From positions 1 to 58,751 of IMG/VR virus record IMGVR_UViG_3300036851_000283: a stretch of 58,751 nt of DNA; one strand, given 5' to 3'. Below are positions 19,903-28,677 of the stretch, in pieces. Source of the stretch: a virus (Duplodnaviria; Caudoviricetes). The number at the start of each line of letters is the position of its first letter. Positions within the stretch are counted from its first letter, which is position 1. A program made the position numbers and the translations under genes. The notes beneath the pieces are model-generated. The model was given only the letters and a program-made list of their open reading frames with translations, was not told where the DNA came from and did not search any database.

Positions 19903-20316
19903 ATGGCAAGACCGTCTGAAACCGCTTGTACCCGCGCAACCTTCACCGACGACGTTGCGTGTCTAAAAAACTTCGACCTTCACCAGCGAAAGGCGCTCCT
20001 CGTCTATTTCGGCGTGTTGGAACTGGCTGCCCTTGGCGGCACCGACTACACGGCGGAACTGGACTCAGGGGGTGAATTGGCCCTGGCTGCCGCCTGCAAC
20101 GCCACGCTTGATCCTGACCAGAAGGAACTGGCGCATTTGCTCGTGGCCCAGAACAACGCCTCGGATGCCGGTGCGACTGTGCCAGCGACCAACGCGGCTC
20201 TCGCGTCTGCCATCGCGTGCCTCCAAAACCAGCCGGAGGGGATGCTGGACGCCATGTGGCTGCTCGTGGAATGTCAGCTTGGCCGTCATGCGGTTTATCC
20301 GCAGGTGGATTTGTAA
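19903..20316 (+). CDS. Cys-containing helical virion protein (putative decoration/fibre base)
   Basis: Recurring ACL motifs; located in the capsid operon. Confidence 0.55.
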   Translation: MARPSETACTRATFTDDVACLKNFDLHQRKALLVYFGVLELAALGGTDYTAELDSGGELALAAACNATLDPDQKELAHLLVAQNNASDAGATVPATNAALASAIACLQNQPEGMLDAMWLLVECQLGRHAVYPQVDL

Positions 20317-20322
20317 AATATC

Positions 20323-20577
20323 ATGCCATGTCCTGACATCTCAGCAATTCAATCCAATGCGTGTCTCAGTGAAATTGGCCGCGCCACCGATGAGATTGAA
20401 CTGCTGCAATTGACGGCGCAATCGGCGCTGGCTTGGGCGGAGGCCAATAATCCCGGTGTGGACTATTCATTGGATGAGATTCAAGATCGGGCATGCGCCA
20501 GCGGAATCGGCTGGGAACAGAGTGAAATAAATCTGCTTCGAGTCATCGGGCAAAATCTCTGCAATCAAATTTCTTAA
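20323..20577 (+). CDS. Protein made of two tandem copies of the Cys-bracketed module
   Basis: IQSNACLSEIG..EIELLQL and IQDRACASGIGWEQSEINLLRVIGQNLC. Confidence 0.7.
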   Translation: MPCPDISAIQSNACLSEIGRATDEIELLQLTAQSALAWAEANNPGVDYSLDEIQDRACASGIGWEQSEINLLRVIGQNLCNQIS

Positions 20578-20580
20578 ATC

Positions 20581-21102
20581 ATGGCCTGTGATCTATCCAC
20601 AATAAAATCGGCAGCTTGCCTGAGCGGCATCGGAAAGGAGCAGTCGAAGATCAAGCTCCTGCAATTGATCGCGCAACTCACTTGTGAGGCGTCAGAAGGC
20701 GGCGGAAGTGGCGACAGCCTGCCCTCTGGCGTGATTCTCATGTGGAGCGGCACGATTGCCACCATCCCGTCAGGGTGGACGCTCTGCGACGGCACGGCTG
20801 GAACTCCCGATCTTCGCAACCGATTTGTGGTCTGCGCCAATGCCGACACAGTTGGAGTTCCCACGTCAACGATCTTGGGTCCGCCGCTGTCGTTTAGCGG
20901 TAGTGTTAGCCATACCCACAATCTTACTGACCCGGGTCACGATCACCTTTATCCCGAAGAATTAAGCGCTAATGTCCCGGGCACTACGGGCATAGTTGGA
21001 TATGACGCCGGCGCTGTAGCCGCAAACACAACCGGAATCACGGTTGATATGACCAGTAATGTTCCGCCGTTTTTTGCGCTCGCCTACATAATGAAAACCT
21101 GA
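20581..21102 (+). CDS. Fibre protein: Cys-bracketed module plus tail-collar-like domain
   Basis: PSGVILMWSG...IPSGWTLCDG..GTPDLRNRFV and NVPPFFALAYIMK. Confidence 0.8.
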   Translation: MACDLSTIKSAACLSGIGKEQSKIKLLQLIAQLTCEASEGGGSGDSLPSGVILMWSGTIATIPSGWTLCDGTAGTPDLRNRFVVCANADTVGVPTSTILGPPLSFSGSVSHTHNLTDPGHDHLYPEELSANVPGTTGIVGYDAGAVAANTTGITVDMTSNVPPFFALAYIMKT

Positions 21103-21105
21103 CCT

Positions 21106-21984
21106 ATGGCCTGCGATCTGACAACCATTCAAGCCGCTGCCTGCCTCTCTGGTATCGGTAAGGAACAAAGCAAAATAAAGCTGCTCCAGTTGATTGCCCA
21201 GTTGACGTGTGAGGCGGGCGATGGCACCAGCAGCGCCGTATGGGGAGAAATCACCGGCACGCTGTCGAATCAAACTGATTTGCAGGCGGCGTTGGACGCC
21301 TTGGAGATGGATATTGCATTGGCCTATGAAAAACCTATCAACGCCGCCTTTGAGCGGGAAGAATTCCTTGGCGGAGCAGGTACCGGCGCGATCGCTGGGT
21401 CACATGGCTGGGGAACCAATTCCGTGGCGCTGTCGAACCAGGCCGCCATTGAGAATGCTCATCCAGGCACGGTGGATGTTGCCTCTGGCGCGACCGCAAC
21501 CAATTTTGGGACCTACCAACTTATCGGCTCGCCATCTCTTGGCACTGGGGTTGTCCAGTGGGGGGCGATAACAAATTGGCGGCATCGCTTTGTCTTCAAG
21601 TCGCTCTCTACCACGGCGATTTTTGTTTATGTCGGGCTGGTGGTCAATAACGTGGCCACCACTGCCACCACTCCGACCGGGCTATTCCTGAGATTTAACA
21701 GTGCGGCCAACGCCAATTTCCGATTCGTGGCCTTCAATGGGGCGACCGAAACAGACTTGGACTCGGGAGTGGTGGGCGACACTGAATGGCACACTCTCAT
21801 CATTTCCTCTACAACCATCGGCCAGATAATTTTTCAGTTGGACAGCGGAGCGCCACAGACCATAGGCACAAATGTTACTGGCACTGCCTTGCGTGTGGCC
21901 TTCCAGATTGGCACTGGCGAAAACGTGGCCAAGACTGTTCGTTGTGATTTGTGGGATTTTCTAATGACCGGGTTGGCGCGATAG
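21106..21984 (+). CDS. Fibre protein: Cys-bracketed module, short stalk and lectin-like beta domain
   Basis: WGEITGTLSNQTDLQAALD stalk motif; DTEWHTL in a beta-rich C-terminus. Confidence 0.7.
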   Translation: MACDLTTIQAAACLSGIGKEQSKIKLLQLIAQLTCEAGDGTSSAVWGEITGTLSNQTDLQAALDALEMDIALAYEKPINAAFEREEFLGGAGTGAIAGSHGWGTNSVALSNQAAIENAHPGTVDVASGATATNFGTYQLIGSPSLGTGVVQWGAITNWRHRFVFKSLSTTAIFVYVGLVVNNVATTATTPTGLFLRFNSAANANFRFVAFNGATETDLDSGVVGDTEWHTLIISSTTIGQIIFQLDSGAPQTIGTNVTGTALRVAFQIGTGENVAKTVRCDLWDFLMTGLAR

Positions 21985-22044
21985 GTGGGTAGTTCGTCCC
22001 ATTTACAGATTTCGGCCAAGTGCGACATTTAACAATGACGGAGA

Positions 22045-22338
22045 ATGCTAATGGGAGACATGACACCGGAGGAATTAGGGAGGGGGGTCCGGTTGCTGGT
22101 GACAGTCCTTGGCATTGTCGCGGCAATCGCGCTGGCGGTCATTGGATTCATCAAGTTCTTTGTCACGCGCTACGAGTACAACAAGCTCCTGAAACTGGTC
22201 GAGGAGATTCAAGCCGCGCAAAATGAATTAAAACAGAATCAGGGCAGACTCACGCCGGAGTCTGAGGCGCAGATGATAAAGATTCTGCAAAAAATAGACG
22301 AATTTTTCAGTGAAAAACAACGCCGGAAAAATGGCTAG
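22045..22338 (+). CDS. Holin-like or inner-spanin-like single-TM protein
   Basis: One hydrophobic helix followed by a coiled coil. Confidence 0.5.
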   Translation: MLMGDMTPEELGRGVRLLVTVLGIVAAIALAVIGFIKFFVTRYEYNKLLKLVEEIQAAQNELKQNQGRLTPESEAQMIKILQKIDEFFSEKQRRKNG

Positions 22339-22738
22339 AGTTCTTCATATTGAAGATGACAAGGAATGCCGGGAAATTGTCTCATGCAAGCTCAAAGGGC
22401 ATCTCCAGATTGATGAGGCAAACACATTGGCGGACGGAATCGTGATGGCTCACCGGATTCAATATGATGGCATTCTCCTTGATCCAGGTCTGGTTGACGC
22501 CGACCGGGAGACGGCCCTGAATCGGATCAAGGCGGCGGTCGAGGGCGTTGCGATCATCATCCTGACTGGCTACGACGACGAGGCGTGGACGCGCCGCCAG
22601 ATTTCAAGTAACGCCAGCGGAGTACTTCTCAAGGGGCGGGACGACCGGGAAGCCCTGCCGTTTGCCAGCCAGATCATCCGCGCAATCTCGGTGCATCGGG
22701 CGTGCGCCGCCATTGACGCGGCGCAGTTGCAGGGGTAG
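22331..22738 (+). CDS. Single-domain response regulator (receiver domain)
   Basis: VLHIEDD, YDGILLD (phosphoacceptor Asp), IIILTG and LLKG: all canonical receiver residues present. Confidence 0.9.
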   Translation: MARVLHIEDDKECREIVSCKLKGHLQIDEANTLADGIVMAHRIQYDGILLDPGLVDADRETALNRIKAAVEGVAIIILTGYDDEAWTRRQISSNASGVLLKGRDDREALPFASQIIRAISVHRACAAIDAAQLQG

Positions 22739-22766
22739 GTTTTGGGCGTTAATCATTAACAAAACT

Positions 22767-23210
22767 ATGAAAAAACTCAAAATTGTCAGCGGCGGTTTCT
22801 GCATAGCCTTCACACTGTACTGTGCAGTGACTTACATCACTGGGTGCACCACACCGCAGGTTGTCACCAACCCCGACGGCTCAAGCTCCACCAACCATGT
22901 CGTTGATCCTCGCGTAACAACCGGGCTGGCGGTTGGCAGTGCGGTTAATACCGCGACTGCGCCGGTTAATCCAGCCTTCCCATTTGTCGAGGTTGGATTG
23001 AGTGCGGTCGCCGCTGGATTCGGCTGGTTCGCCAAGCGCAAGAACGACAAGGCGGCGGCGAATGAGTTGCTGTTGAAAACCGTCGTGCAGGCTATTGACG
23101 CACTGGACGACCAGAAGGTTAAGGACGCGATTAAGACTCACGCGGTCAACGTGGGAACGGAAAGCGCACTGAACACTGTCGTCCAAAAGATCGGAAGTGG
23201 AATCATCTAA
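22767..23210 (+). CDS. Lipoprotein with an additional TM helix (possibly lysis-associated)
   Basis: Signal peptide with ITGC lipobox; TM segment FVEVGLSAVAAGFGWF. Confidence 0.65.
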   Translation: MKKLKIVSGGFCIAFTLYCAVTYITGCTTPQVVTNPDGSSSTNHVVDPRVTTGLAVGSAVNTATAPVNPAFPFVEVGLSAVAAGFGWFAKRKNDKAAANELLLKTVVQAIDALDDQKVKDAIKTHAVNVGTESALNTVVQKIGSGII

Positions 23211-23234
23211 TTTGGGGTCGGTTGGCTCGTGGTC

Positions 23235-23265
23235 AAGCCCTCCTTTAATCGGGGAGGGCTTTTTG
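23235..23265 (+). terminator. Intrinsic terminator
   Basis: AAGCCCTCCT-ttaatc-GGGGAGGGCTT then a T run, at a convergence point. Confidence 0.85.
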
Positions 23266-23403
23266 TTTCTGGAGTTGTGGGAGTGATTTCTTGGGACGTG
23301 CTGTGAATCCATTCATGCCTTGCGGCGTTTCCAGCGTTGCTCATTGGAAAACTGCAACAAGAGCGCGTCCATGTGTCGGCTCCGCATTTGGGGCAAAATC
23401 TGT

Positions 23404-24060
23404 TCATAACGCCTCCACTCTAAACCAAGCACGAACGCAATTAGTATGCGGAAAGCTCCGCAACGTCCCATCCCCGACGAATTGCCCCATCGTCTCCCAC
23501 GTTGTCAGGTTGGTTGACACCTGAACCAAGTTGGTGCGCCCTAAAAGCCCATAGGTTTCCACCAGCCAGCGTTCCTGACGGAGGCTGACATGTATTGCGG
23601 TGACGCCGGTAGCTTCGTTGGAAACCTCACTCTCAACACCAGCCGCATTGTAAGACGTGGCAACAATGAAATAGCGCGTCCCCTCGTCCAAGCCGGTCAG
23701 GGCAGCGTTGGTGACGGACCCCACCGTGGCTGATTGCTGGCTTGACCCTGAGTTGGTGCCGTAGTAAAGCCGGTAGCCGGTCACGGTGGCATCAGGAGTG
23801 GCCGTCCATGCCAGCCTGAGTCTCCCGCGCTTGGGGACAGGCTCGGACGCCACCATGAACGGCGGGGCGTCCGCCGTGACTGTCAGAGCCATCCCGGGAG
23901 CGGCCAGAGCCGACGCCGTGCGCGACTCCTGAACCGCCATTATGACTGCCGTGTTTGGCAGCGGCGGCATTGTGGGAGTGGTGGCGGGTGAGATTTTGCA
24001 TCCGGTGGCAACAACCCAAAGCAGCGCGGCAAGACTGAGTGTTTGGTAGCGGCAATTCAT
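23404..24060 (-). CDS. Secreted lipoprotein with fibronectin type III domain and STNLTTW...WFR C-terminal domain
   Basis: ATGC lipobox; LAW...VTGYRLYYG...LTGL..GTRYF..TSYN..G.ES.SNE. Confidence 0.85.
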   Translation of the reverse strand: MNCRYQTLSLAALLWVVATGCKISPATTPTMPPLPNTAVIMAVQESRTASALAAPGMALTVTADAPPFMVASEPVPKRGRLRLAWTATPDATVTGYRLYYGTNSGSSQQSATVGSVTNAALTGLDEGTRYFIVATSYNAAGVESEVSNEATGVTAIHVSLRQERWLVETYGLLGRTNLVQVSTNLTTWETMGQFVGDGTLRSFPHTNCVRAWFRVEAL

Positions 24061-24099
24061 GGTTTGGATAGAGCGGTCGCCGGACTCACCGTTAGAGGC

Positions 24100-24381
24100 T
24101 TAGTCTGGCGCAGACGCTGCTATCTGTTTCACGCATGTTACCATTGCGGTTGGTTTCATTGCTGCCAACACCTTAAATGTCGCGTGCGCCGCACTCTTTA
24201 TTGCTAGCTCGGAGGTTTCACGATTGTAGATCAGTTCATCCTTCTCTGCGGCATCGTGATACCCTTCTATTAGAATGTCCTGAAATTTGGCTAATGTTTT
24301 TGGTTGCTTCATATCCACCTCTAAACAGAGTTCCCGCAGCCCGATCACGCCCTGGGATAAGCTTTTGCCGTTAGGCATCAT
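24100..24381 (-). CDS. Hypothetical protein
   Basis: ATGA coupling to the upstream ORF. Confidence 0.5.
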   Translation of the reverse strand: MMPNGKSLSQGVIGLRELCLEVDMKQPKTLAKFQDILIEGYHDAAEKDELIYNRETSELAIKSAAHATFKVLAAMKPTAMVTCVKQIAASAPD

Positions 24382-24566
24382 CGCGCCTTCCACAAGATGA
24401 TGCCGACCACAGCCAGTACGCAGTAGACGACGATTGCGCTGATCCAGATTGGTGAGAGTACCCACCACCATGACCAGCCGATTTTGCCCAGAAGTTTCAG
24501 CACGATGAATACGTTGGTGATCAGTCCGACAAAGCCGACGCCACCGGATGAGGATGAATTTGCCAT
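24378..24566 (-). CDS. Small membrane protein (FIVLKL.G.I.WSWWWVLSPIW family)
   Basis: Recognisable phage membrane-protein motif. Confidence 0.8.
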   Translation of the reverse strand: MANSSSSGGVGFVGLITNVFIVLKLLGKIGWSWWWVLSPIWISAIVVYCVLAVVGIILWKAR

Positions 24567-24618
24567 ATCACTTTTGGACACGAAAAGACCGGACGAAGTC
24601 CCGGATTGGTTTATAAAG

Positions 24619-25476
24619 TTACTGTTTGTTTTCCGCCCATTTCGGCAGCGCAATTTTCCGCACTCCCGACGCATACCCAGGCCAATGATCCTCCTTCACG
24701 CATTTGGAGTAAGAAAGGAGGAGTCGCCGCCATTCGCGATAGCCAAGGCGAAGCGCGTCGGCGTCCAGTTCAAACTGGCAGGCGTCGAATGGCGACTCGT
24801 CGTCGAAGGGCACAAATACGAACTTTGAGGCGCCTGTGATTTCGAGGTATGAAGCGGACTGAATGTGATAGCCGTAGGTCGCGCACGACTTCCCAAAATC
24901 CCGCTCGTTCGCCTCGCCGCTTTGAACTTTCTTGGGATCGAATATCCAAGTTGAACCGTCGTCGGTGTTCGCCACGAGGTCACAGCGGCATTTCAGCATC
25001 AAACCCGTTTCCTCATCCCGCTTGAAAAACGAGACTTCGGTTTGGCCGATAGCCAGTGCCGCACCAAATTCAGGAAGTGCCAACATGCGCTCCCGGATTT
25101 TGGGAAGCTTGTTTAGTTGCTCTTGGGTCATTATCGGGCGGTCTTGGTGGCTGGCTGTCCACTCCTTGCAGAAATCAGCGCCGCCATGCCAAGGCTTCGG
25201 TACAGACTTGCCGCGAACCTCCGCCTCGTAGGTTTCGGGGCGCAGGTAGTGAGCCAAATGAAGCAAATCGGGTTGTAGAATCGCGCAATGGGCGACGGTT
25301 CCTAGCTGCATGGCCGCCGTGGCCTCTTTCTTTTTGCGCTGCTTGAAATGTAGCGGAGTCGCCGCCTCGTGGAATTCCCAGAGGAGGGATTTGGAGACGG
25401 CGCTGGCTGAGTGGTACACGTCGGAGGGCAAATCTGTATAGACTCCTTCGGCGGGGTTGGTAGGGTCGAAGGTCAT
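24619..25476 (-). CDS. RecE/exonuclease VIII-like PD-(D/E)XK nuclease
   Basis: YH...VSKS.L, LGTVAH..IL.P, EVSFF, KCRCD, DPK and YHIQSASY motifs. Confidence 0.85.
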   Translation of the reverse strand: MTFDPTNPAEGVYTDLPSDVYHSASAVSKSLLWEFHEAATPLHFKQRKKKEATAAMQLGTVAHCAILQPDLLHLAHYLRPETYEAEVRGKSVPKPWHGGADFCKEWTASHQDRPIMTQEQLNKLPKIRERMLALPEFGAALAIGQTEVSFFKRDEETGLMLKCRCDLVANTDDGSTWIFDPKKVQSGEANERDFGKSCATYGYHIQSASYLEITGASKFVFVPFDDESPFDACQFELDADALRLGYREWRRLLLSYSKCVKEDHWPGYASGVRKIALPKWAENKQ

Positions 25477-25829
25477 TCGTTGCCCTTGAGTTTTCCGAAC
25501 TTGTGCGAGCCAATGACGGCATTTGCTGTTGCTTTGGCGACAGGTTCAATATGCGCGTGAATACTCGGTTTGTATTCTCCCGGTTTGAACCCAAAGAACT
25601 GCTCGAATAATTCTGGATGGTCTGTGTGAATTGAATATCGTATAACTTCAAGCAGCGGGTGAAAATTTCGCGGGGCATCCCAGTGTCCCCACTTGCCGTC
25701 GCCAGGAGAGGCATCCCCTTTCCTGTGGGTTTGCTCCAATCGGCGCAGCGCAAACCATAAATCCATAGCCTCGGAACATGATACGATCAATGTTACCGAG
25801 GGGTTGCATGTGCTGTCTGGAGTTCTCAC
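25473..25829 (-). CDS. Hypothetical protein between recT and the recE-like gene
   Basis: Abuts the recT stop; ATGA overlap with the nuclease. Confidence 0.55.
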   Translation of the reverse strand: MRTPDSTCNPSVTLIVSCSEAMDLWFALRRLEQTHRKGDASPGDGKWGHWDAPRNFHPLLEVIRYSIHTDHPELFEQFFGFKPGEYKPSIHAHIEPVAKATANAVIGSHKFGKLKGNE

Positions 25830-26909
25830 CTAAGCCTCCCCCTTAATCTGCTTCAACATCATCCCCGCCGCGTTGATGTTGGTCATGAGCGCCGCCACCT
25901 TCCCCGGCAGCAGGTTAGCCAGCTTGTCGCCCGCAGTTTCAGGCTTGAAGCAATTGCCTTTGCTCGCGCAGAAGGCCAGGACTTGCGCCTCGGTCACACC
26001 CTTGGCTGTCATGGCGGCGTGCAGGGCGATGACCTCCGGGCTTTCGCCGGGAATGCCGTCAACAACCTCCTCGAATGAAGGTTCGGGAGCAGGCGGCGCT
26101 GGAGTCGGCACAACCTCGGCCTCGACCGGCTTTTTGATTTCAAGTCCCGGCTTGGTGAATTTAGCCATTTGCGCCTTTTGTTTCTTGGGTGCTTGCGCCT
26201 TTTGTTTCTTGGGTGCTTCTGGTGCTTGCGGTGCCTGTGTGGCAGGAGCGGCAACAAAAACAGGCGGCAAATCCAGTTCGCCAACCGGCTTGGAGCGCGC
26301 AAAACGCTCCTCCTCGCGGATGCGGTCGGCATCGTCCTCGGTGATGACGCCCAAAACTATTTCCGGCTTGTGACGCCGCGCCCACTTCGTCGCCCCGGTG
26401 TAAACCAGCTTTTGCATCGGGTCTTTTGTCCACATGGAATTTTGCGTCCGCGCCTCTTTAACGCTGACTGTTACCGTCCGCGCCTCTTGCTCACCCTCAA
26501 AGCGACCTGAAACCGTTACCTCCAGTTCGTCGCCTTTTTTGTCGTTGAACGTGTAGGAGAGTTTTTCGGCCAATCCAGCACGGGCATTGATGACGGCTGC
26601 GAGGAGCTTGCCCTGAAAGCCCAGCTTGCCCCCGACTTCGTAAGTCTCAGGCGCGACGGCGAAGGGGTCAAACCCCCAGCGGATTGACTGATTGACGACA
26701 AGGAAGCAGTTCGCGGCGGTTTGTTCGGCGTTCTCACCCTTGAGATGCTTGGGGATGAGGCTGGCGCGGGCCATCATTTGCGCCACGCGGTAGCAGTGTT
26801 CAAATTTGGCCGTGTCCATCATGTAGGAGATGGCGGAGTCGTCTTGAACGATTTTGGCCTCGCGGCGGGGTTGGGTTGCTAGTGCGGTTGTTGTTGCTGT
26901 GTCTGACAT
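25830..26909 (-). CDS. recT: RecT-like single-strand annealing protein
   Basis: IPKHLKG..ANCFLVV.Q..RWG.DPFAVA..TY.V.GKLG; W..DP.QKL.Y...WAR...PE..LGV; adjacent to the RecE-like gene. Confidence 0.75.
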   Translation of the reverse strand: MSDTATTTALATQPRREAKIVQDDSAISYMMDTAKFEHCYRVAQMMARASLIPKHLKGENAEQTAANCFLVVNQSIRWGFDPFAVAPETYEVGGKLGFQGKLLAAVINARAGLAEKLSYTFNDKKGDELEVTVSGRFEGEQEARTVTVSVKEARTQNSMWTKDPMQKLVYTGATKWARRHKPEIVLGVITEDDADRIREEERFARSKPVGELDLPPVFVAAPATQAPQAPEAPKKQKAQAPKKQKAQMAKFTKPGLEIKKPVEAEVVPTPAPPAPEPSFEEVVDGIPGESPEVIALHAAMTAKGVTEAQVLAFCASKGNCFKPETAGDKLANLLPGKVAALMTNINAAGMMLKQIKGEA

Positions 26910-27162
26910 ATTTTATTTAGTTTTCGGTTTGTTAAAGAGCTTTCCCGCAGTGCCGTGGCCGAACGGCGAGACTCAATTCCATCCCGGGTGTTCCGCTTGT
27001 TGCAGCGGACGTATGCCAGGATTCGCCGCTGGTGCTCCCGGGGCGCGATGCAAAGCAAAGCGGCACCTTTCGAGGCCTGGCGAGAAGCGCAAGCCCTTGC
27101 GGGCCGTGGATAGAATTTGCGCGGATGTTCATTTTGTCTCCGATAATTAACTGCGGGAAAAA

Positions 27163-27348
27163 TTATTTATCATGCTTTCTCAAACACTGCTCGCACCGCT
27201 GCCCAAGGTCCGGCACCGTGCGCTTGATGCGTTGTTGCACGGCCTGAAATGAAACGCCGTAAAGGCTGCCGATGTCGCGATTAGTGCTGCCTCGCGCCTT
27301 GAGTTTGAGAATCACCGGCAGCGTCAGGGTTTTAGTTCCTTTGGTCAT
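27163..27348 (-). CDS. Small HTH protein
   Basis: TNRDIGSLYGVSFQAVQQRIKR plus CxxC. Confidence 0.7.
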   Translation of the reverse strand: MTKGTKTLTLPVILKLKARGSTNRDIGSLYGVSFQAVQQRIKRTVPDLGQRCEQCLRKHDK

Positions 27349-27827
27349 TGGGCGGCCTCCTCATTTGCGCAGCGCACAATATCAGCCATTGCAATCTCGT
27401 TTGATTCGTAAAATCGAACCGGATAAACTTTTATTATAGATGAGGCTTTGTAGATCGCCATTGCGGCGAACTCTGACGAGGTTTGATTCTCCAATCGTTT
27501 CCCTTCCTCGCCAGCCAGAGTTATTACCCAGCCACCGCGACAATGCGCAGTCCCGCATGAATGCCAATTGTCCATGTCAAATACTCCCTCCACCGAGACA
27601 GCCTCCAACACTCGGCGGTGAATGTTTTCGATGACGGGAATTTTTAAGGATTCGTATTTTGATCCCTTGTTATCGTAGCAATCGGAGCAATCGGAGCAAC
27701 CGATATTGGTTGTGTTTTGTGACTCCCAATTCGGATTCCGTTCGGCAAACGCGGCTGAAACGCCGTTTTCCATTTTTTCAGCGCGGTCTGAGAATTCTGA
27801 TTTTGATCTATAGATTTGAGTTTTCAT
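27345..27827 (-). CDS. Conserved phage protein (WH.CGT.HCR.GW family) with short CSD repeat
   Basis: MDNWHSCGTAHCRGGW; CSDCSDCYD. Confidence 0.7.
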   Translation of the reverse strand: MKTQIYRSKSEFSDRAEKMENGVSAAFAERNPNWESQNTTNIGCSDCSDCYDNKGSKYESLKIPVIENIHRRVLEAVSVEGVFDMDNWHSCGTAHCRGGWVITLAGEEGKRLENQTSSEFAAMAIYKASSIIKVYPVRFYESNEIAMADIVRCANEEAAQ

Positions 27828-27916
27828 TCTGGTAATTCGATGGTGTTTAGCAGTATTTCGTCTTTGCGCGTCCGATGGATTCTTTGAAACTCGCGTAAAA
27901 AATTGCTGATTTCATG

Positions 27917-28459
27917 TTAATAACTCGCCTTATAAAATGCCCGGCTGTTCGCGCTGATGGCATTGGTGTCCATCCAGCTAAAGTGCGACGGATCGTCCAA
28001 AATCGTGTCTCGCAAAACCCAGTCAACAAGGTTGGTTGACCTCCAGATTTTGATGGGGATGGCCGGAATGTAAACGCTGGGATCGTCCTCAACTTCCGAA
28101 TTTGAAGTCAGCACCAGATTGACCGCGCTGTTGGTTTTCGGAGGGCAGTATTTATGGGCCTCCTCAGCGGAGTTGTAGGGGCCGGATTTCACTTTCCAGT
28201 CATTCGCGGCCCGTTCAGTCCTTGTGGCATTGCTCGCAAACCGATTGCCGTCCTCGTCCTCAAGGCAATAGTATTTTGGGCGGCACGCCTTGACTTTGAA
28301 ATAGACGAATCCGCCGATCAAGGCCGCGGCGCCCAACGTGCAAATTGCCAGCACCGCCGAATTCTGCGGATCGGACGGCTTCTCTTTGGGCACAGCGTCA
28401 AGGTTTATAGGAGCGATTGTCAAAGCGCCGCACAAGGTTAGAGCAACGAGTTTTTTCAT
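27917..28459 (-). CDS. Signal-peptide/TM protein with STNLVDW...FYKA C-terminal domain
   Basis: MKKLVALTLCGAL signal; TM helix; WRSTNLVDW...WMDTN...AFYKASY. Confidence 0.8.
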   Translation of the reverse strand: MKKLVALTLCGALTIAPINLDAVPKEKPSDPQNSAVLAICTLGAAALIGGFVYFKVKACRPKYYCLEDEDGNRFASNATRTERAANDWKVKSGPYNSAEEAHKYCPPKTNSAVNLVLTSNSEVEDDPSVYIPAIPIKIWRSTNLVDWVLRDTILDDPSHFSWMDTNAISANSRAFYKASY

Positions 28460-28620
28460 TTGGTCAGGTTGGTTTGGGTGGTGGTATGTTTCCGCAATTC
28501 GGCGTCCAAAAATCGCTCGTTGCGCCAAGCTTGCGAGATCGTGACGGTCAGAACCGCAATCGTGATGAGCAGGATGATGAAGGCCACTAGGGTTAAAAGC
28601 TTTTCGGTTTGCGAGTTCAT
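28456..28620 (-). CDS. 54-aa single-TM protein
   Basis: Read by hand (MNSQTEKLLTLVAFIILLITIAVLTVT...); downstream of palindrome 28660. Confidence 0.6.
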   Translation of the reverse strand: MNSQTEKLLTLVAFIILLITIAVLTVTISQAWRNERFLDAELRKHTTTQTNLTK

Positions 28621-28659
28621 TTTATCCAATATTTTCGATTTCCATAGGATATTGATTTA

Positions 28660-28677
28660 TTGACACCATCCTGTCAA
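28660..28677. promoter_or_regulatory. Palindrome TTGACA-ccatcc-TGTCAA
   Basis: Perfect; abuts the stop of the 28678 ORF. Confidence 0.75.

Noticed and set aside
20581-21216. Possible diversity-generating retroelement TR/VR pair
   Set aside because: Differences are mostly synonymous and not adenine-specific, both copies are N-terminal coding sequence, and I found no reverse transcriptase.
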